From the IMG/VR virus record IMGVR_UViG_3300029996_000082: a stretch of DNA of 61,374 nt, one strand, 5' to 3'. Within the stretch, counting starts at the first letter, position 1, and each line of letters begins with the position of its first letter. Below the pieces are notes generated by a model. The model made no database searches. It was given only the letters and a program-made list of their open reading frames with translations, and had not been told where the DNA came from. Below are positions 45,575-55,117 of this stretch, in pieces. The stretch comes from a virus. The translations under genes and the position numbers were made by a program.

Positions 45575-45787
45575 ATGAAAATCAACGATAAATTATATAC
45601 AGTATTGAAATGGGTAACAATGATTGCACTTCCTGCAATCGGCACACTTTATTTCACATTATCAGGCATTTGGGGATTTCCGTATGCTGAACAGGTAATT
45701 GGTACTATTACAGCTATCAGTACATTTTTAGGTGTACTTCTCGGAATCTCAACAAGTCAGTATAATAAAAGCAAGAAAGGCAAGTGA
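45575..45787 (+). CDS. holin (Dp-1-like family)
   Basis: [19 protein letters not shown]...GVLLGIS: two TM helices, basic C-terminus, upstream of the endolysin. Confidence 0.65.
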   Translation: MKINDKLYTVLKWVTMIALPAIGTLYFTLSGIWGFPYAEQVIGTITAISTFLGVLLGISTSQYNKSKKGK

Positions 45788-45794
45788 TTTTATT

Positions 45795-45983
45795 ATGGCA
45801 AAATACCGTAAAAGACCTGTTATTATTGAGGCATATCAGACTGACAAAGAACTGATTATTCCGACACTTGAAGGTGATATGCACGCAAGTGTTGGAGATT
45901 ACATTATTACAGGTTTAAGAGGGGAACAATATCCTTGTAAACCCGATATTTTTAGTAAAACTTACGAGAAAGTAGAGGAATAG
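45795..45983 (+). CDS. small PGDYG-like phage protein (tentative)
   Basis: first ATG after the holin stop, in frame with track ORF 45732; [10 protein letters not shown]...VGDYIITG. Confidence 0.45.
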   Translation: MAKYRKRPVIIEAYQTDKELIIPTLEGDMHASVGDYIITGLRGEQYPCKPDIFSKTYEKVEE

Positions 45984-45988
45984 TTATT

Positions 45989-46261
45989 ATGACCTTATCT
46001 GAAACAATTAACGGTATGGTGAGTGAGGACTACAAAGAAAGATTTATAGCTGAATATCAGCAGTTATCAATCCGCCATGACGGCTTAAAGAAAATGCTTG
46101 ATAACTGGGACAAAGGGAATCTGAATTTTATTCCGACTTGCCCACGCAGTACATATGACTTGCAAATTAAAGCAATGAGCGATTACAGAGCCGTACTTGA
46201 AGCAAGGGCAGTTATGGAAAATATCGACTTGAAAAAATTATACGCAGAAAGCGAGGAATAA
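45989..46261 (+). CDS. hypothetical protein
   Basis: 90-aa ORF. Confidence 0.5.
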   Translation: MTLSETINGMVSEDYKERFIAEYQQLSIRHDGLKKMLDNWDKGNLNFIPTCPRSTYDLQIKAMSDYRAVLEARAVMENIDLKKLYAESEE

Positions 46262-46263
46262 CA

Positions 46264-47148
46264 ATGAAAGTTACTGCTATTGATGTTAGTTACTGTCAAA
46301 CAGGAGTTGACTATAACAAAGTCAAAAACAGCGGTATTGATGCCGTGATTATCCGTGCAGGATTTGGTAAAGAAACCTATCAGAAAGACTCTGAATTTGA
46401 AACGCATTACAGAAACGCTAAGAAAGCAGGTCTTGCAGTCGGTGTATATTGGTACTCTTACGCATACTCTGTTGCAGAGGCAAAGCAGGAGGCTAAGGTA
46501 TGCCTTGCGTGCATTAAGGATAAAACACTTGAATTGCCTGTATATTATGACCTCGAGGAGAGCGGTCAGACAAGGCTCGGTATGTCGGCTCTGACAAACA
46601 TTGCAATTGCTTTTTGTGATGCTATCAAATCAGGGGGTTACCGTGCGGGTGTATATGCTAATCTTAACTGGCTCAACAATTACATTGATTATGAGAAGCT
46701 CAGAAACAAGTACAGTATTTGGCTCGCACAATGGTCATCTAATCCGTCAAAGTCTTGCGATATATGGCAGAATGCCGATAACGGCAGAATCAACGGTATC
46801 AATGGTAATGTTGATACCGATGTCATCATCAACAAGAATATTATTAAATCAAAATCAGAGGTGAAGGAAGAAATGATTAAGTACGGCTCAAGCAATACAG
46901 CTACTCTTGCGTTTAAGAAATTGCTGATTACACTCTACAACATGAAAATCATCAAAACTAAGGTCGATAACTCGAACGGTTTCGGCGACGGCACTCTGAA
47001 AGCTGTCAAAGAGGCACAGAGAGCAGGTAATATTACAGCTAATGGTATCGTTAATGAAGCGACAGTCAATGTGATTTATCATCTTATTAATAATTGCAAC
47101 TGGGCTAAAGACAAAAAAATCGCCAATGCTAAAAAGGCACTTGGATGA
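46264..47148 (+). CDS. endolysin: GH25 muramidase plus C-terminal peptidoglycan-binding domain
   Basis: IDVSYCQ, VIIRAGFG, VGVYWYSYA, YYDLEE GH25 motifs; PG_binding_1-like GFGDGTLKAVKEAQ. Confidence 0.9.
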   Translation: MKVTAIDVSYCQTGVDYNKVKNSGIDAVIIRAGFGKETYQKDSEFETHYRNAKKAGLAVGVYWYSYAYSVAEAKQEAKVCLACIKDKTLELPVYYDLEESGQTRLGMSALTNIAIAFCDAIKSGGYRAGVYANLNWLNNYIDYEKLRNKYSIWLAQWSSNPSKSCDIWQNADNGRINGINGNVDTDVIINKNIIKSKSEVKEEMIKYGSSNTATLAFKKLLITLYNMKIIKTKVDNSNGFGDGTLKAVKEAQRAGNITANGIVNEATVNVIYHLINNCNWAKDKKIANAKKALG

Positions 47149-47211
47149 TACACCAAAAATAACAGTATTATATTTATAGATAGTAAATATCTTAAATACT
47201 GATATTTTATA

Positions 47212-47241
47212 TTGCCCGATTGTTAAAATGCAGTCGGGCAA
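47212..47241 (+). other. 8-bp GC-rich hairpin just upstream of the terL SD
   Basis: TTGCCCGA-14 nt-TCGGGCAA with no T-tract after it. Confidence 0.5.
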
Positions 47242-47262
47242 TCCTAAAAGGAGGATAAATGC

Positions 47263-48570
47263 TTGAACTTGAACATAAATGTAGCTGATATAGCTATATC
47301 AAGGTTTAAATCTGTATATAAGGATATATTTCAACATAAGCATACGCACTATACATTCGCAGGCGGACGAGGTAGCACAAAATCATCTTTTGTAGGTCTT
47401 ATGATTATATTGCTAATTATAAACTTCAATAACGCACACGCAGTAGTATTCAGACAAGTAGGTAATACAATTCAAAAATCTACAAGGTCACAGATTGAAT
47501 GGGCTATATATACATTAAATTTACAGGATTATTTTATAATACCGAAGTCATACTCAAATCCTATTATATTTAAACCTACAGGACAACAGATTATTTTTAT
47601 GGGTATGGATGACCCTAACAAGGTTAAATCTATTAAATTGCCATTTGGATATATAGCTATTACTTGGTGGGAGGAACTTGACCAGTACGCAGGAGAGGCA
47701 ACACTCAGAAAGGTTTTACAGTCCACAATGCGTGGCGGTAATATGTTTTGGGATTTTCGTACATTCAATCCTCCTATCAGCCGTAATAACTGGGCAAATG
47801 AGTATGCAGACCGTGCAGAAACAGACGGCAGAGTAAAACGAAATACATTAGTTGTTAGAAATACATATCTTGATGTTCCTGTTGAATGGCTTGGAGAACA
47901 GTTTATTGAAGAGGCAGAGGAATTAAAATCTATTAACGAAACCGCTTATAATCACGAATATTTAGGTATCGCTACAGGCACAGGCGGAGATGTATTTAAG
48001 AACGCTTCTGATTTAGATATGTATAAACTTATAGAAATACATACAGGTGATAGAGTAATCACAAAACCCTTATATGAAACCTTTGACCATATCTATTGTG
48101 GAATTGACTGGGGTTTTGCCCGTGACCCATTTAGATTTGTAAAATGTCATTTCGATAGAAAACATTTAGATTTATATATATTTAAAGAATATAATACAGT
48201 AAAAACAAGAAATAAAGAAGTATTTGATATACTTTATGAAGATAAAAAACTAATTGATAAACAACAGTTAGTTACGGCAGATAGTGCGGAAGAAAAATCA
48301 GTTGCAGACTTTAGAGCCTATGGGGCTTTTATTCGAGGAGCTGAAAAAGGTCCTGATAGTGTCAGATATGGCATTAAATGGCTACAAGGTTTAAATCATA
48401 TCTATATTGACCGCAGACAATGCCCGTATACTTATGATGAGTTTATCAATTATGAATATGAACAGGATAAAGACGGTAATTTTATTTCAGCATATCCTGA
48501 TGAAGATAACCATTCTATAGATGCGGTTAGATATGCTATGGAAAAATACTATAAAAGGAGAGGTAAATAA
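47263..48570 (+). CDS. terL: terminase large subunit
   Basis: TTG start 8 nt after GGAGGA; Walker A GGRGSTKS; Walker B ITWWEELD; nuclease half. Confidence 0.9.
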   Translation: MNLNINVADIAISRFKSVYKDIFQHKHTHYTFAGGRGSTKSSFVGLMIILLIINFNNAHAVVFRQVGNTIQKSTRSQIEWAIYTLNLQDYFIIPKSYSNPIIFKPTGQQIIFMGMDDPNKVKSIKLPFGYIAITWWEELDQYAGEATLRKVLQSTMRGGNMFWDFRTFNPPISRNNWANEYADRAETDGRVKRNTLVVRNTYLDVPVEWLGEQFIEEAEELKSINETAYNHEYLGIATGTGGDVFKNASDLDMYKLIEIHTGDRVITKPLYETFDHIYCGIDWGFARDPFRFVKCHFDRKHLDLYIFKEYNTVKTRNKEVFDILYEDKKLIDKQQLVTADSAEEKSVADFRAYGAFIRGAEKGPDSVRYGIKWLQGLNHIYIDRRQCPYTYDEFINYEYEQDKDGNFISAYPDEDNHSIDAVRYAMEKYYKRRGK

Positions 48571-50222
48571 TGTTCTCTTCAATTTGGAGCAAATTAAAGG
48601 AGTTGTTAAGAAAAATGATAGGTGTTAATACTATCCAAAAAACACTACATATTGAACCTATAATTTCAAGTAAAATGGCAAACGCTATTGAATTGTGGTC
48701 ACTTATGTATGAAGATAATTCACCGTGGCTACAAGAGCCTACTTTTGCCGACCCTGTAAAAGTAACATCTTTAGGACTTCCTGCATTTATTGCAAGTGAA
48801 AAAGCAAGAATGGCGACAATTGAAATGAAATCTGAAATCACAACACCAACAGAATCAGTGACGGAGGCAAATCCTAATTATGAACCGCCTACCGTTGACG
48901 AGGATGGTAATTTACAGATTTCAAATGAGCCTGAACTTATCACAAAAGAAGTTATATTAGGCGATACGGCAAGAGCTGAATATCTAAATACTCAGTACAC
49001 TAAAGTTAAAAATAAAATTAGAAATCAACTTGAATATGGTATTGCTAAAGGCGGCTTAGTTATTAAACCTTATATTGTTATTTCTGATATTGCTACTGAT
49101 GAAGAAAATAATAATACTGAAAATAATATCCGAAAGGATGTTGATATCGAATTTGATTATATACACGCTGATAACTTTTTCCCTATTGCTTTTGACGGTA
49201 GCGGTAAAATTACAGAGGCGGCATTTGTACAGGTAAAAACGGATAAAAGCACAGTATATACAAGATTGGAATACCATAAATTACAGAATAATATGGTAAC
49301 TGTAACTAATCTCGCATTTAAGAAAGAAAACCGTACACAGCCATCTACAACAGATTTTGATTCTGATTTAGGTGAACAGATTAACCTTACAGAAGTACCT
49401 GAATGGGCAGATTTACAGCCTGTAACACAGATTGGAAATGTTGACCGACTGTTATTTGCCTATTTTAAAATGCCCGAAGCAAATACAATTGAAGCACACA
49501 GTCCTTTAGGTGTTAGTGGCTACAGCAGAGCTGTAAAACTTATAAAAGAGGCTGATTTACAGTATTCGAGAATGTTGTGGGAATTTCAGGGCGGTGAATT
49601 GGCTATTGATATTGATAGAGATGCCCTTAATACAGTTGAAGATGAAGAAAAAAATACATATGAAATACCTAATATGTTACAGGCAAGACTTATGCGTAGA
49701 GTCGATTTAGGTAATTCAGAAACATATCAAGTATTTAATCCTACATATAGAGATGCTTCACTTATCAATGGATTAAATAATATTCTTATGCGAATTGAAG
49801 ATGTATGTGCATTATCACGAGGTACATTATCAGATGTAGCCGCAGAAGCGAGAACAGCAACAGAACTAAAAATCCTTAAACAGCGTAGTTATTCAGCTAA
49901 TGCCGAAATCCAAAAAGCGTTAGAGGATGCTTTAAAAGACCTTGTATATGTAATGGATATTTATTGTACTCTGTATGAAGTTACTGCTCCTGGCGAATAT
50001 GATATTTCATTTGAATGGGATGATAGTATTCTTGTTGATGTTGAAACTGAGTTAGGTAAAAGAATTACACTTATGCAGAACGGACTTGCAAGTAAACTTG
50101 AAACCCGTATGTGGTATTTTGGTGAAACTGAAAGGCAGGCAAGAGAAGCTCTTAATAATGTATCACAGGAAAATAAACAGGCAATGGAAGAAAATCTATC
50201 TAACATCATAGGTGATAAATAA
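48570..50222 (+). CDS. portal protein (SPP1 gp6-like)
   Basis: TAATG junction with terL; 550 aa; position. Confidence 0.85.
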   Translation: MFSSIWSKLKELLRKMIGVNTIQKTLHIEPIISSKMANAIELWSLMYEDNSPWLQEPTFADPVKVTSLGLPAFIASEKARMATIEMKSEITTPTESVTEANPNYEPPTVDEDGNLQISNEPELITKEVILGDTARAEYLNTQYTKVKNKIRNQLEYGIAKGGLVIKPYIVISDIATDEENNNTENNIRKDVDIEFDYIHADNFFPIAFDGSGKITEAAFVQVKTDKSTVYTRLEYHKLQNNMVTVTNLAFKKENRTQPSTTDFDSDLGEQINLTEVPEWADLQPVTQIGNVDRLLFAYFKMPEANTIEAHSPLGVSGYSRAVKLIKEADLQYSRMLWEFQGGELAIDIDRDALNTVEDEEKNTYEIPNMLQARLMRRVDLGNSETYQVFNPTYRDASLINGLNNILMRIEDVCALSRGTLSDVAAEARTATELKILKQRSYSANAEIQKALEDALKDLVYVMDIYCTLYEVTAPGEYDISFEWDDSILVDVETELGKRITLMQNGLASKLETRMWYFGETERQAREALNNVSQENKQAMEENLSNIIGDK

Positions 50223-51388
50223 TGTTATCTGAAAATGCTATTGATAAGTTAATTATGAAAGTAATAAATAGTCAAAGAGATATAAATTTATATATTCTCG
50301 CTATTTTATTAGCTTGTATTGATGATATTAAACACGGCAAAAAAATAACACCTGAAAAACAATCACAAGATTTAAAAATAATTGATGATTATATAGCAGG
50401 CTCAGCTATTATACAGATTGCTTTAATTAATAATCTGTATAATATTATTGCTGATGATATTTATTCATATAGTAAAAGTTTATACGAATTAAAAAAGGTA
50501 AAATATAAAAAGTTTAAAGCTAATAAAGCTATATCTAAAATACCTAAACAATATTTAAAAGATACTGTAAAAATCATTGATAAATTTATAAAGTCCCCTA
50601 AATTTATTATAGATGATAAACTGCTATCTTTCATAGAAACCTATAACTATATACTTAATAAATCGTATGATGCGTATAATACACCTTTAGATTTTGATAC
50701 TGTTATACAGCCCACAATAAATAATTTAGTTAATAGCGGAATTAACATTGTAACAAATAAGACAATACAAAAAGTTGATAATGTTTTACAGAATGATATT
50801 ACAGAGAGTATAAAAAATATATCACAAGATATACAGTCAGAAGCAGGAAAACAATTTGGAGCAGACGGTGTAGAAATTACTGTACACGCTTGCCCTGCAC
50901 CTGACCACGCTCCCGTACAAGGTCATCAGTTCACAAATAAAGAATTTAATAAATTACAGAACGGTCAAGATTTTGAAGATGTAAACGGTATTAAGTTTAA
51001 AGGCTTTGAAAGAGCTATCGGTACTTGGAATTGTAGACATTTTACATTCTCAATTGTTGTAGGCTCTACACCTCCTACATTAACTGATAAACAGTTACAA
51101 GATATTTTAAATGATAACGAAAAAGGCTATACTTTACCTAACGGAAAACATTTGACTATGTACGAATGCACACAAATGCAAAGATACTACGAAAGACAAA
51201 TCCGTAAAAATAAAATAGGGCAAGTATCTGCGAGAAAGGCTGATAATAAGCCTTTGGCACAAAAATATCAAGCTAAAGTAAATCACTATACAGATGAATA
51301 TATATCCTTTAGTAATGCTTGTGGGTTAGATTTAATGAAACACCGTACTGCTATATCAGGGTATCGAAAAATAAAGGTAGATATATAA
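50222..51388 (+). CDS. head morphogenesis protein (SPP1 gp7 / Mu F-like)
   Basis: TAATG junction with the portal gene; HACPAPDHAPVQGHQF...WNCRHF C-terminal domain. Confidence 0.8.
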   Translation: MLSENAIDKLIMKVINSQRDINLYILAILLACIDDIKHGKKITPEKQSQDLKIIDDYIAGSAIIQIALINNLYNIIADDIYSYSKSLYELKKVKYKKFKANKAISKIPKQYLKDTVKIIDKFIKSPKFIIDDKLLSFIETYNYILNKSYDAYNTPLDFDTVIQPTINNLVNSGINIVTNKTIQKVDNVLQNDITESIKNISQDIQSEAGKQFGADGVEITVHACPAPDHAPVQGHQFTNKEFNKLQNGQDFEDVNGIKFKGFERAIGTWNCRHFTFSIVVGSTPPTLTDKQLQDILNDNEKGYTLPNGKHLTMYECTQMQRYYERQIRKNKIGQVSARKADNKPLAQKYQAKVNHYTDEYISFSNACGLDLMKHRTAISGYRKIKVDI

Positions 51389-51389
51389 T

Positions 51390-51429
51390 CTTTTTATACA
51401 AATAGTATTGACTTTTTATACAAATAGTA
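51390..51429 (+). repeat. 18-nt tandem direct repeat bracketing the -35 box
   Basis: CTTTTTATACAAATAGTA at 51390..51407 and at 51412..51429. Confidence 0.9.
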
Positions 51430-51436
51430 ATATAAT
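51408..51436 (+). promoter_or_regulatory. sigma-A promoter embedded in an 18-nt tandem repeat
   Basis: TTGACT-17-TATAAT. Confidence 0.7.
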
Positions 51437-51519
51437 AATTATAGAGAGAAACTTTTTATTTTGAACACCTCTCTTGTTGGATTTCAGGGTATAAGCATAA
51501 ACCCCATCCTCCTTAATAA

Positions 51520-51551
51520 ACTGCCTGTATAGCAGTAGTTATACAGGCAGT
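51520..51551 (+). other. perfect 12-bp hairpin in the 51443..51584 leader
   Basis: ACTGCCTGTATA-gcagtagt-TATACAGGCAGT. Confidence 0.7.
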
Positions 51552-51584
51552 AGCTTATCACAATATAGAAAGGTATATTTAAAT

Positions 51585-51830
51585 ATGGAGGGAATTATTT
51601 CATCCTTAGTTGTAGGAGGATTGGCATTAATCGGAGTTATTATTACAAATCTTGCAAGTAATAACAAGATACAATCCGATATGAAAACATCTCAAAAAGT
51701 TACAGAAGCACATATAGAAGAACTAACAAGAGAAGTTCGTAAACATAACAACTTTGCAGAACGAGTGCCTGTAATTGAAGAACAAATCAAAGAAATCAAC
51801 CATAGATTACACGATTTGGAAGATAAATGA
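51585..51830 (+). CDS. small TM plus coiled-coil protein (XhlA-like; tentative)
   Basis: N-terminal TM helix then a heptad region; own promoter and long structured leader. Confidence 0.45.
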   Translation: MEGIISSLVVGGLALIGVIITNLASNNKIQSDMKTSQKVTEAHIEELTREVRKHNNFAERVPVIEEQIKEINHRLHDLEDK

Positions 51831-51966
51831 AATTAAAATTGTTTTATACAATTTTAAAATATAAAGCCGAGCATAAAGGCATATAAACAAATGCACATTC
51901 CAACGCAGATAGTGACTGCGGATTTAAAAATTAAACTGATTTAAGAATGTAAAGGAGTTATAGTCA

Positions 51967-52617
51967 ATGGAATTTTTAAAATCACTTTTTGAAAAAGCCG
52001 AAAACGGCACAATGAATTTTGAACAGTTACAGTCAGCTTGTAAAGAAGCAAATATTAAACTTGCAAATCTTGCAAATGGCGAATATGTAGCTAAACAGAA
52101 ATATGATGATGATATTTCATCCAAAGCAGACACGATTAAAACACTCGAAGGCACAATCAAGAGTAGAGATAGTGATATTAAAACTATCAAAAAAGAGCTT
52201 GAAGAAGCAGGCGATAACAAAGAAAAGCTCGCTACTTTGTCAACAAATCTATCAGACTTGCAGACAAAGTATAAAGACGATATTGCCGCTTATAAGAGTA
52301 AACTTGAAAAGCAGTCTTATGAGTATGCTGTAAAGGATTTTGCAAATTCAAAGAAGTTCACAAGTAAAGCCGCAAAAAGAGATTTTGTAAATTCAATGAT
52401 GGCAAAAGAACTCAAAATGGATAATGATACAATCTTAGGGGCAGAAGATTTTGTAAATGCGTATTCGGCAGAAAATGCAGATGCATTTGTAGTAGAAAAT
52501 CCTACACCTAAGCCCAGTCCACAGTTTGTAGATTCTACTCCTGGAAATACGCCACCTGACTCGAACACAAACGGATTTAAGTTTAATTTTACAGGAGTAA
52601 GACCTCACAAAGATTAA
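51967..52617 (+). CDS. scaffolding protein
   Basis: AAGGAG SD; helical K/E/D-rich 216-aa protein directly upstream of the capsid gene. Confidence 0.65.
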   Translation: MEFLKSLFEKAENGTMNFEQLQSACKEANIKLANLANGEYVAKQKYDDDISSKADTIKTLEGTIKSRDSDIKTIKKELEEAGDNKEKLATLSTNLSDLQTKYKDDIAAYKSKLEKQSYEYAVKDFANSKKFTSKAAKRDFVNSMMAKELKMDNDTILGAEDFVNAYSAENADAFVVENPTPKPSPQFVDSTPGNTPPDSNTNGFKFNFTGVRPHKD

Positions 52618-52640
52618 AAAAATTAAAAGGAGATTAGAAA

Positions 52641-53561
52641 ATGGCACAGGCAATTAACTACGCTAAAGACTATAGCAGAGCATTGGCACAGGCTTTCCCA
52701 TATACGCTTAACTTTGGTGCTCTCTATAACACATCCAACAATAATGTTTATCGTTGGGTAAATGCGAAAACAATTGAAATTCCGAGCATTTCGACAACAG
52801 GTCGAGTAGCTTCTGACCGTGACACAATTGCTACAGCTCAGAGAAACTATGATAATGCTTGGGAAACAAAGGTACTCACAAATCAGAGAAAGTGGAGTAC
52901 ACTTGTACATCCAATGGATATTGACCAGACTAATATGGTAGCATCCATTGCAAACATCACAAGAGTATTCAATGAGGAGCAGAAGTTCCCCGAAATGGAT
53001 GCTTATTGTGTATCAAAGATTTATACAGATTGGCTCACAACTACTGACCCTGAAACATCTGCTGTAAGAGCCGCAAGTAAAACTGTTCTTACAACAGAAA
53101 ATGTACTTGCTGAGTTTGATGCTCTTATGCTCAAAATGGATAACGAAAGAGTTCCTGCTAATGGCAGAATCCTTTATGTTACCAATGAAGTAAAGTCGAT
53201 GCTTAAGAACGCACAGAAGATTGAGCGTACTCTTAATGTACAGGATGCTAACTCAATGATTAACAGAACAGTCAATAGACTTGATGAAGTTGAAGTTATC
53301 GGTGTTCCTGCTACACTTATGAAAACTAAGTATAACTTTACTACAGGCTATAAAGCCGCCGCAGATGCAGACCAGATTAATATGTTCCTTGTTCACCCGA
53401 TTGCTGTAATTACTCCAGTTTCTTACACATTCAGTAAACTTGATGAACCGTCAGCAGGCTCGGAAGGTAAGTATATTTACTTCGAGGAATCTTTTGAGGA
53501 TGTATTCATTCTTAATAAGAAGAGCGGTGCTATTCAGTATAATATTACTGCTCACGCTTAA
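52641..53561 (+). CDS. major capsid protein
   Basis: AAGGAGA SD; 306 aa; follows the scaffold gene. Confidence 0.8.
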   Translation: MAQAINYAKDYSRALAQAFPYTLNFGALYNTSNNNVYRWVNAKTIEIPSISTTGRVASDRDTIATAQRNYDNAWETKVLTNQRKWSTLVHPMDIDQTNMVASIANITRVFNEEQKFPEMDAYCVSKIYTDWLTTTDPETSAVRAASKTVLTTENVLAEFDALMLKMDNERVPANGRILYVTNEVKSMLKNAQKIERTLNVQDANSMINRTVNRLDEVEVIGVPATLMKTKYNFTTGYKAAADADQINMFLVHPIAVITPVSYTFSKLDEPSAGSEGKYIYFEESFEDVFILNKKSGAIQYNITAHA

Positions 53562-53579
53562 TGAAATGAGGTTTTGGAA

Positions 53580-53837
53580 ATGGTAACTGTAGAAAGAGGA
53601 AATGTAGTTCTCACTATCAAAGAGTCTGAAATTGATAGATATATTGACCTCGGTTACAATCTTGTTGATGAACACGGCGAAGTTATAAGAGAAGCTGTAC
53701 CTACTGATTTAGGTGCATTGCGTAAGGCTTTTATTGAACACACAAAAACAATTAAAGCACTTGAACAGGAGATTGCAACTCTTAAAACTAAATCAAAATC
53801 AACACGAAAAACACAGACTTCAAAGGAAGAAAACTAA
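53580..53837 (+). CDS. hypothetical head-associated protein
   Basis: TGAGGT SD favours ATG 53580 over the track TTG 53574. Confidence 0.45.
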   Translation: MVTVERGNVVLTIKESEIDRYIDLGYNLVDEHGEVIREAVPTDLGALRKAFIEHTKTIKALEQEIATLKTKSKSTRKTQTSKEEN

Positions 53838-53861
53838 TAAAAATGAAAGGCGGTGCATTTA

Positions 53862-54275
53862 ATGTATTTAACTTATGATGATTATATTAATATGGGAGGT
53901 ACTTTAGATGAAACCGCCTTTAATGATTTTGAAATTGAAGCAGAGGTATTAGTTGATTGGTATACATTCAATAGATTACACAAAGAAGCGGTTCTTCCTG
54001 TAAAAGTTAAACAATGTATCTATAAACTGATATCTATTGCTCAACTTCAAAGTCAATCATTTTCATTAGGTCAAAACATTGACGGCTCTGTAACATCTGC
54101 AATTGCTTCACAGTCAAATGACGGTGTATCTATTTCTTACAATGTCTTGAATGCATCAGAAGCATTTGAACGCTGTAAAACAGAATCAGTTAATACAATT
54201 CAACGATACCTTAATGGAGTTAAAGATAGTTTAGGTCATAAACTTTTATATAGAGGTGTATATCCTAATGAATAG
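53862..54275 (+). CDS. head-tail connector protein (gp6-like)
   Basis: ATG 53862 about 9 nt after AAAGGCGG; MYLTYDDYINMGG N-terminus typical of this family; position. Confidence 0.5.
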   Translation: MYLTYDDYINMGGTLDETAFNDFEIEAEVLVDWYTFNRLHKEAVLPVKVKQCIYKLISIAQLQSQSFSLGQNIDGSVTSAIASQSNDGVSISYNVLNASEAFERCKTESVNTIQRYLNGVKDSLGHKLLYRGVYPNE

Positions 54276-54714
54276 TTATCCTATTTGGTGGGATACTGAT
54301 TTAACTATATATAATAAGTTTACAGACCCACAGACACAGCTTATTAAATGGTATCGTACTGTATTAACTAATTGTTTTTGGAAATATGTAGGAGATAAAG
54401 TATCCGTAGGGAATACGGTACTTGAAACAAATGATATTATTTGTAGAATACCTCAAAATGATAAATTCAAGGAAAAATACGAATGGCTTAATACTCCAAA
54501 TGATTTAATGACGAATTATTTCACTTTGAGTAATGGCGATATTATTGTTAAAGGTAATGTTGCAGATGAAATTGATGAATATAAATCAGGCAAGCGTTCA
54601 ACTGATTTAATCGCTAAGTACAAAGAACTTCAAGGCTGTATGGAAATACAGCAGACTGCGTTAAATATAGGTGTTGGAAGATGTAATCCACACTATTATG
54701 TAAAAGGTGAATAA
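54268..54714 (+). CDS. head-tail adaptor / head closure protein (by position)
   Basis: ATG 54268 after AGAGGTG; gene order. Confidence 0.4.
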   Translation: MNSYPIWWDTDLTIYNKFTDPQTQLIKWYRTVLTNCFWKYVGDKVSVGNTVLETNDIICRIPQNDKFKEKYEWLNTPNDLMTNYFTLSNGDIIVKGNVADEIDEYKSGKRSTDLIAKYKELQGCMEIQQTALNIGVGRCNPHYYVKGE

Positions 54715-54715
54715 A

Positions 54716-55117
54716 ATGTCAGTATTTAAATTTGATGTTGACCTTGATAATAAAGGAATACAGACTAAAATTGAAAATTTAATTACTGATGAAGTTATGA
54801 TAGAAATTCATAGTCTATTCGCTAAGATTATAGACCCGTGGGTTCCATATTTGGAGGGTCCTCTTTCAAAAAGTGTAACTGCTCAAATTTATGCTGATTA
54901 TATCAGATATGGCGGTGTTGACCAAATATCCGAATTAAGACCTGAGGGTATTGATTATGCTTTTAAACAATATAGTTTTGAGTTTAATCATACTACAACT
55001 TATCACCCGTGGGCAACTGACCATTGGGATAAAAAAGCTATGGAAACGCAACTCGAAAAATTTGAACTTGGCGTAAAAGAAATTTTAGCAAGGAGGGCTA
55101 AAGAATTATATGGTTGA
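54716..55117 (+). CDS. tail-head joining (neck) protein (by position)
   Basis: ATG 54716 6 nt after AAAGGTGA; gene order. Confidence 0.4.
   Translation: MSVFKFDVDLDNKGIQTKIENLITDEVMIEIHSLFAKIIDPWVPYLEGPLSKSVTAQIYADYIRYGGVDQISELRPEGIDYAFKQYSFEFNHTTTYHPWATDHWDKKAMETQLEKFELGVKEILARRAKELYG

Noticed and set aside
47212-47241. The hairpin after the endolysin gene as an intrinsic terminator
   Set aside because: The 8-bp GC-rich stem is followed by TCCTAAAAGG rather than a T-tract. It is kept only as an unexplained hairpin.
4458-52333. Alternative-frame + strand ORFs (4458..4763, 15853..16050, 24443..24700, 33699..33890, 35559..35822, 41341..41547, 41668..41856, 46355..46594, 46601..46864, 52103..52333)
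   Set aside because: They lie fully inside longer ORFs that carry recognisable motifs or strong SDs. They have no independent initiation signals.
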